A stretch of DNA of 64,000 bases, from the NCBI GenBank assembly GCA_000320545.1, contig ADNK01001378.1, positions 20,158 through 84,157 of the forward strand, given 5' to 3'. The stretch comes from Bigelowiella natans CCMP2755 (lineage: Eukaryota; Protista; Cercozoa). Shown here piece by piece: positions 63,921-64,000 of this stretch; position 1 is the first letter of the stretch, and every line of letters begins with the position of its first letter. The notes under the pieces are model-generated. The model saw nothing but the letters and a program-made list of their open reading frames with translations, had not been told where the DNA came from and made no database searches. The translations under genes were made by a program, and so were the position numbers.

Positions 63921-64000
63921 TGCACAAAAGAAAATCATGCGTTTGGTTCTCTTTCATCAGTGTCCGATGCAGAAATTCAGAACGGGGGGGGGGGGGGGGG

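Overview
Gene-dense eukaryotic nuclear DNA with many GT-AG introns. Flagellar and centriolar genes, a selenoprotein and microsatellite-filled introns point to a flagellated protist; a chlorarachniophyte/rhizarian is plausible but is inference only. Manual splicing supports about 15 genes: CEP120-like (-), GAS8/DRC4 (+), PH-RGS-DEP-PH protein (-), a large multi-C2 CEP76/CC2D2A-like protein (+), a small membrane protein (+), a divergent GH32 (-), a C2/beta-trefoil protein (+), a serine racemase-like PLP enzyme (-, mostly invisible in the ORF track), an RBR-like E3 (+), an ABCG transporter (-), a CCCH zinc-finger GTPase (+), CK2 alpha (-), a multi-EF-hand protein (+), a selenocysteine glutathione peroxidase with a clear SECIS (-) and Rab7 (+). 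The most striking pattern is architectural. Genes alternate strand almost perfectly, and every tail-to-tail spacer is a distinctive tract of alternating purine-pyrimidine sequence and short palindromes. A dispersed ~80-100 nt element recurs in sense orientation just downstream of stop codons, and head-to-head spacers share short motifs. Exon boundaries were read by eye and some starts are approximate.
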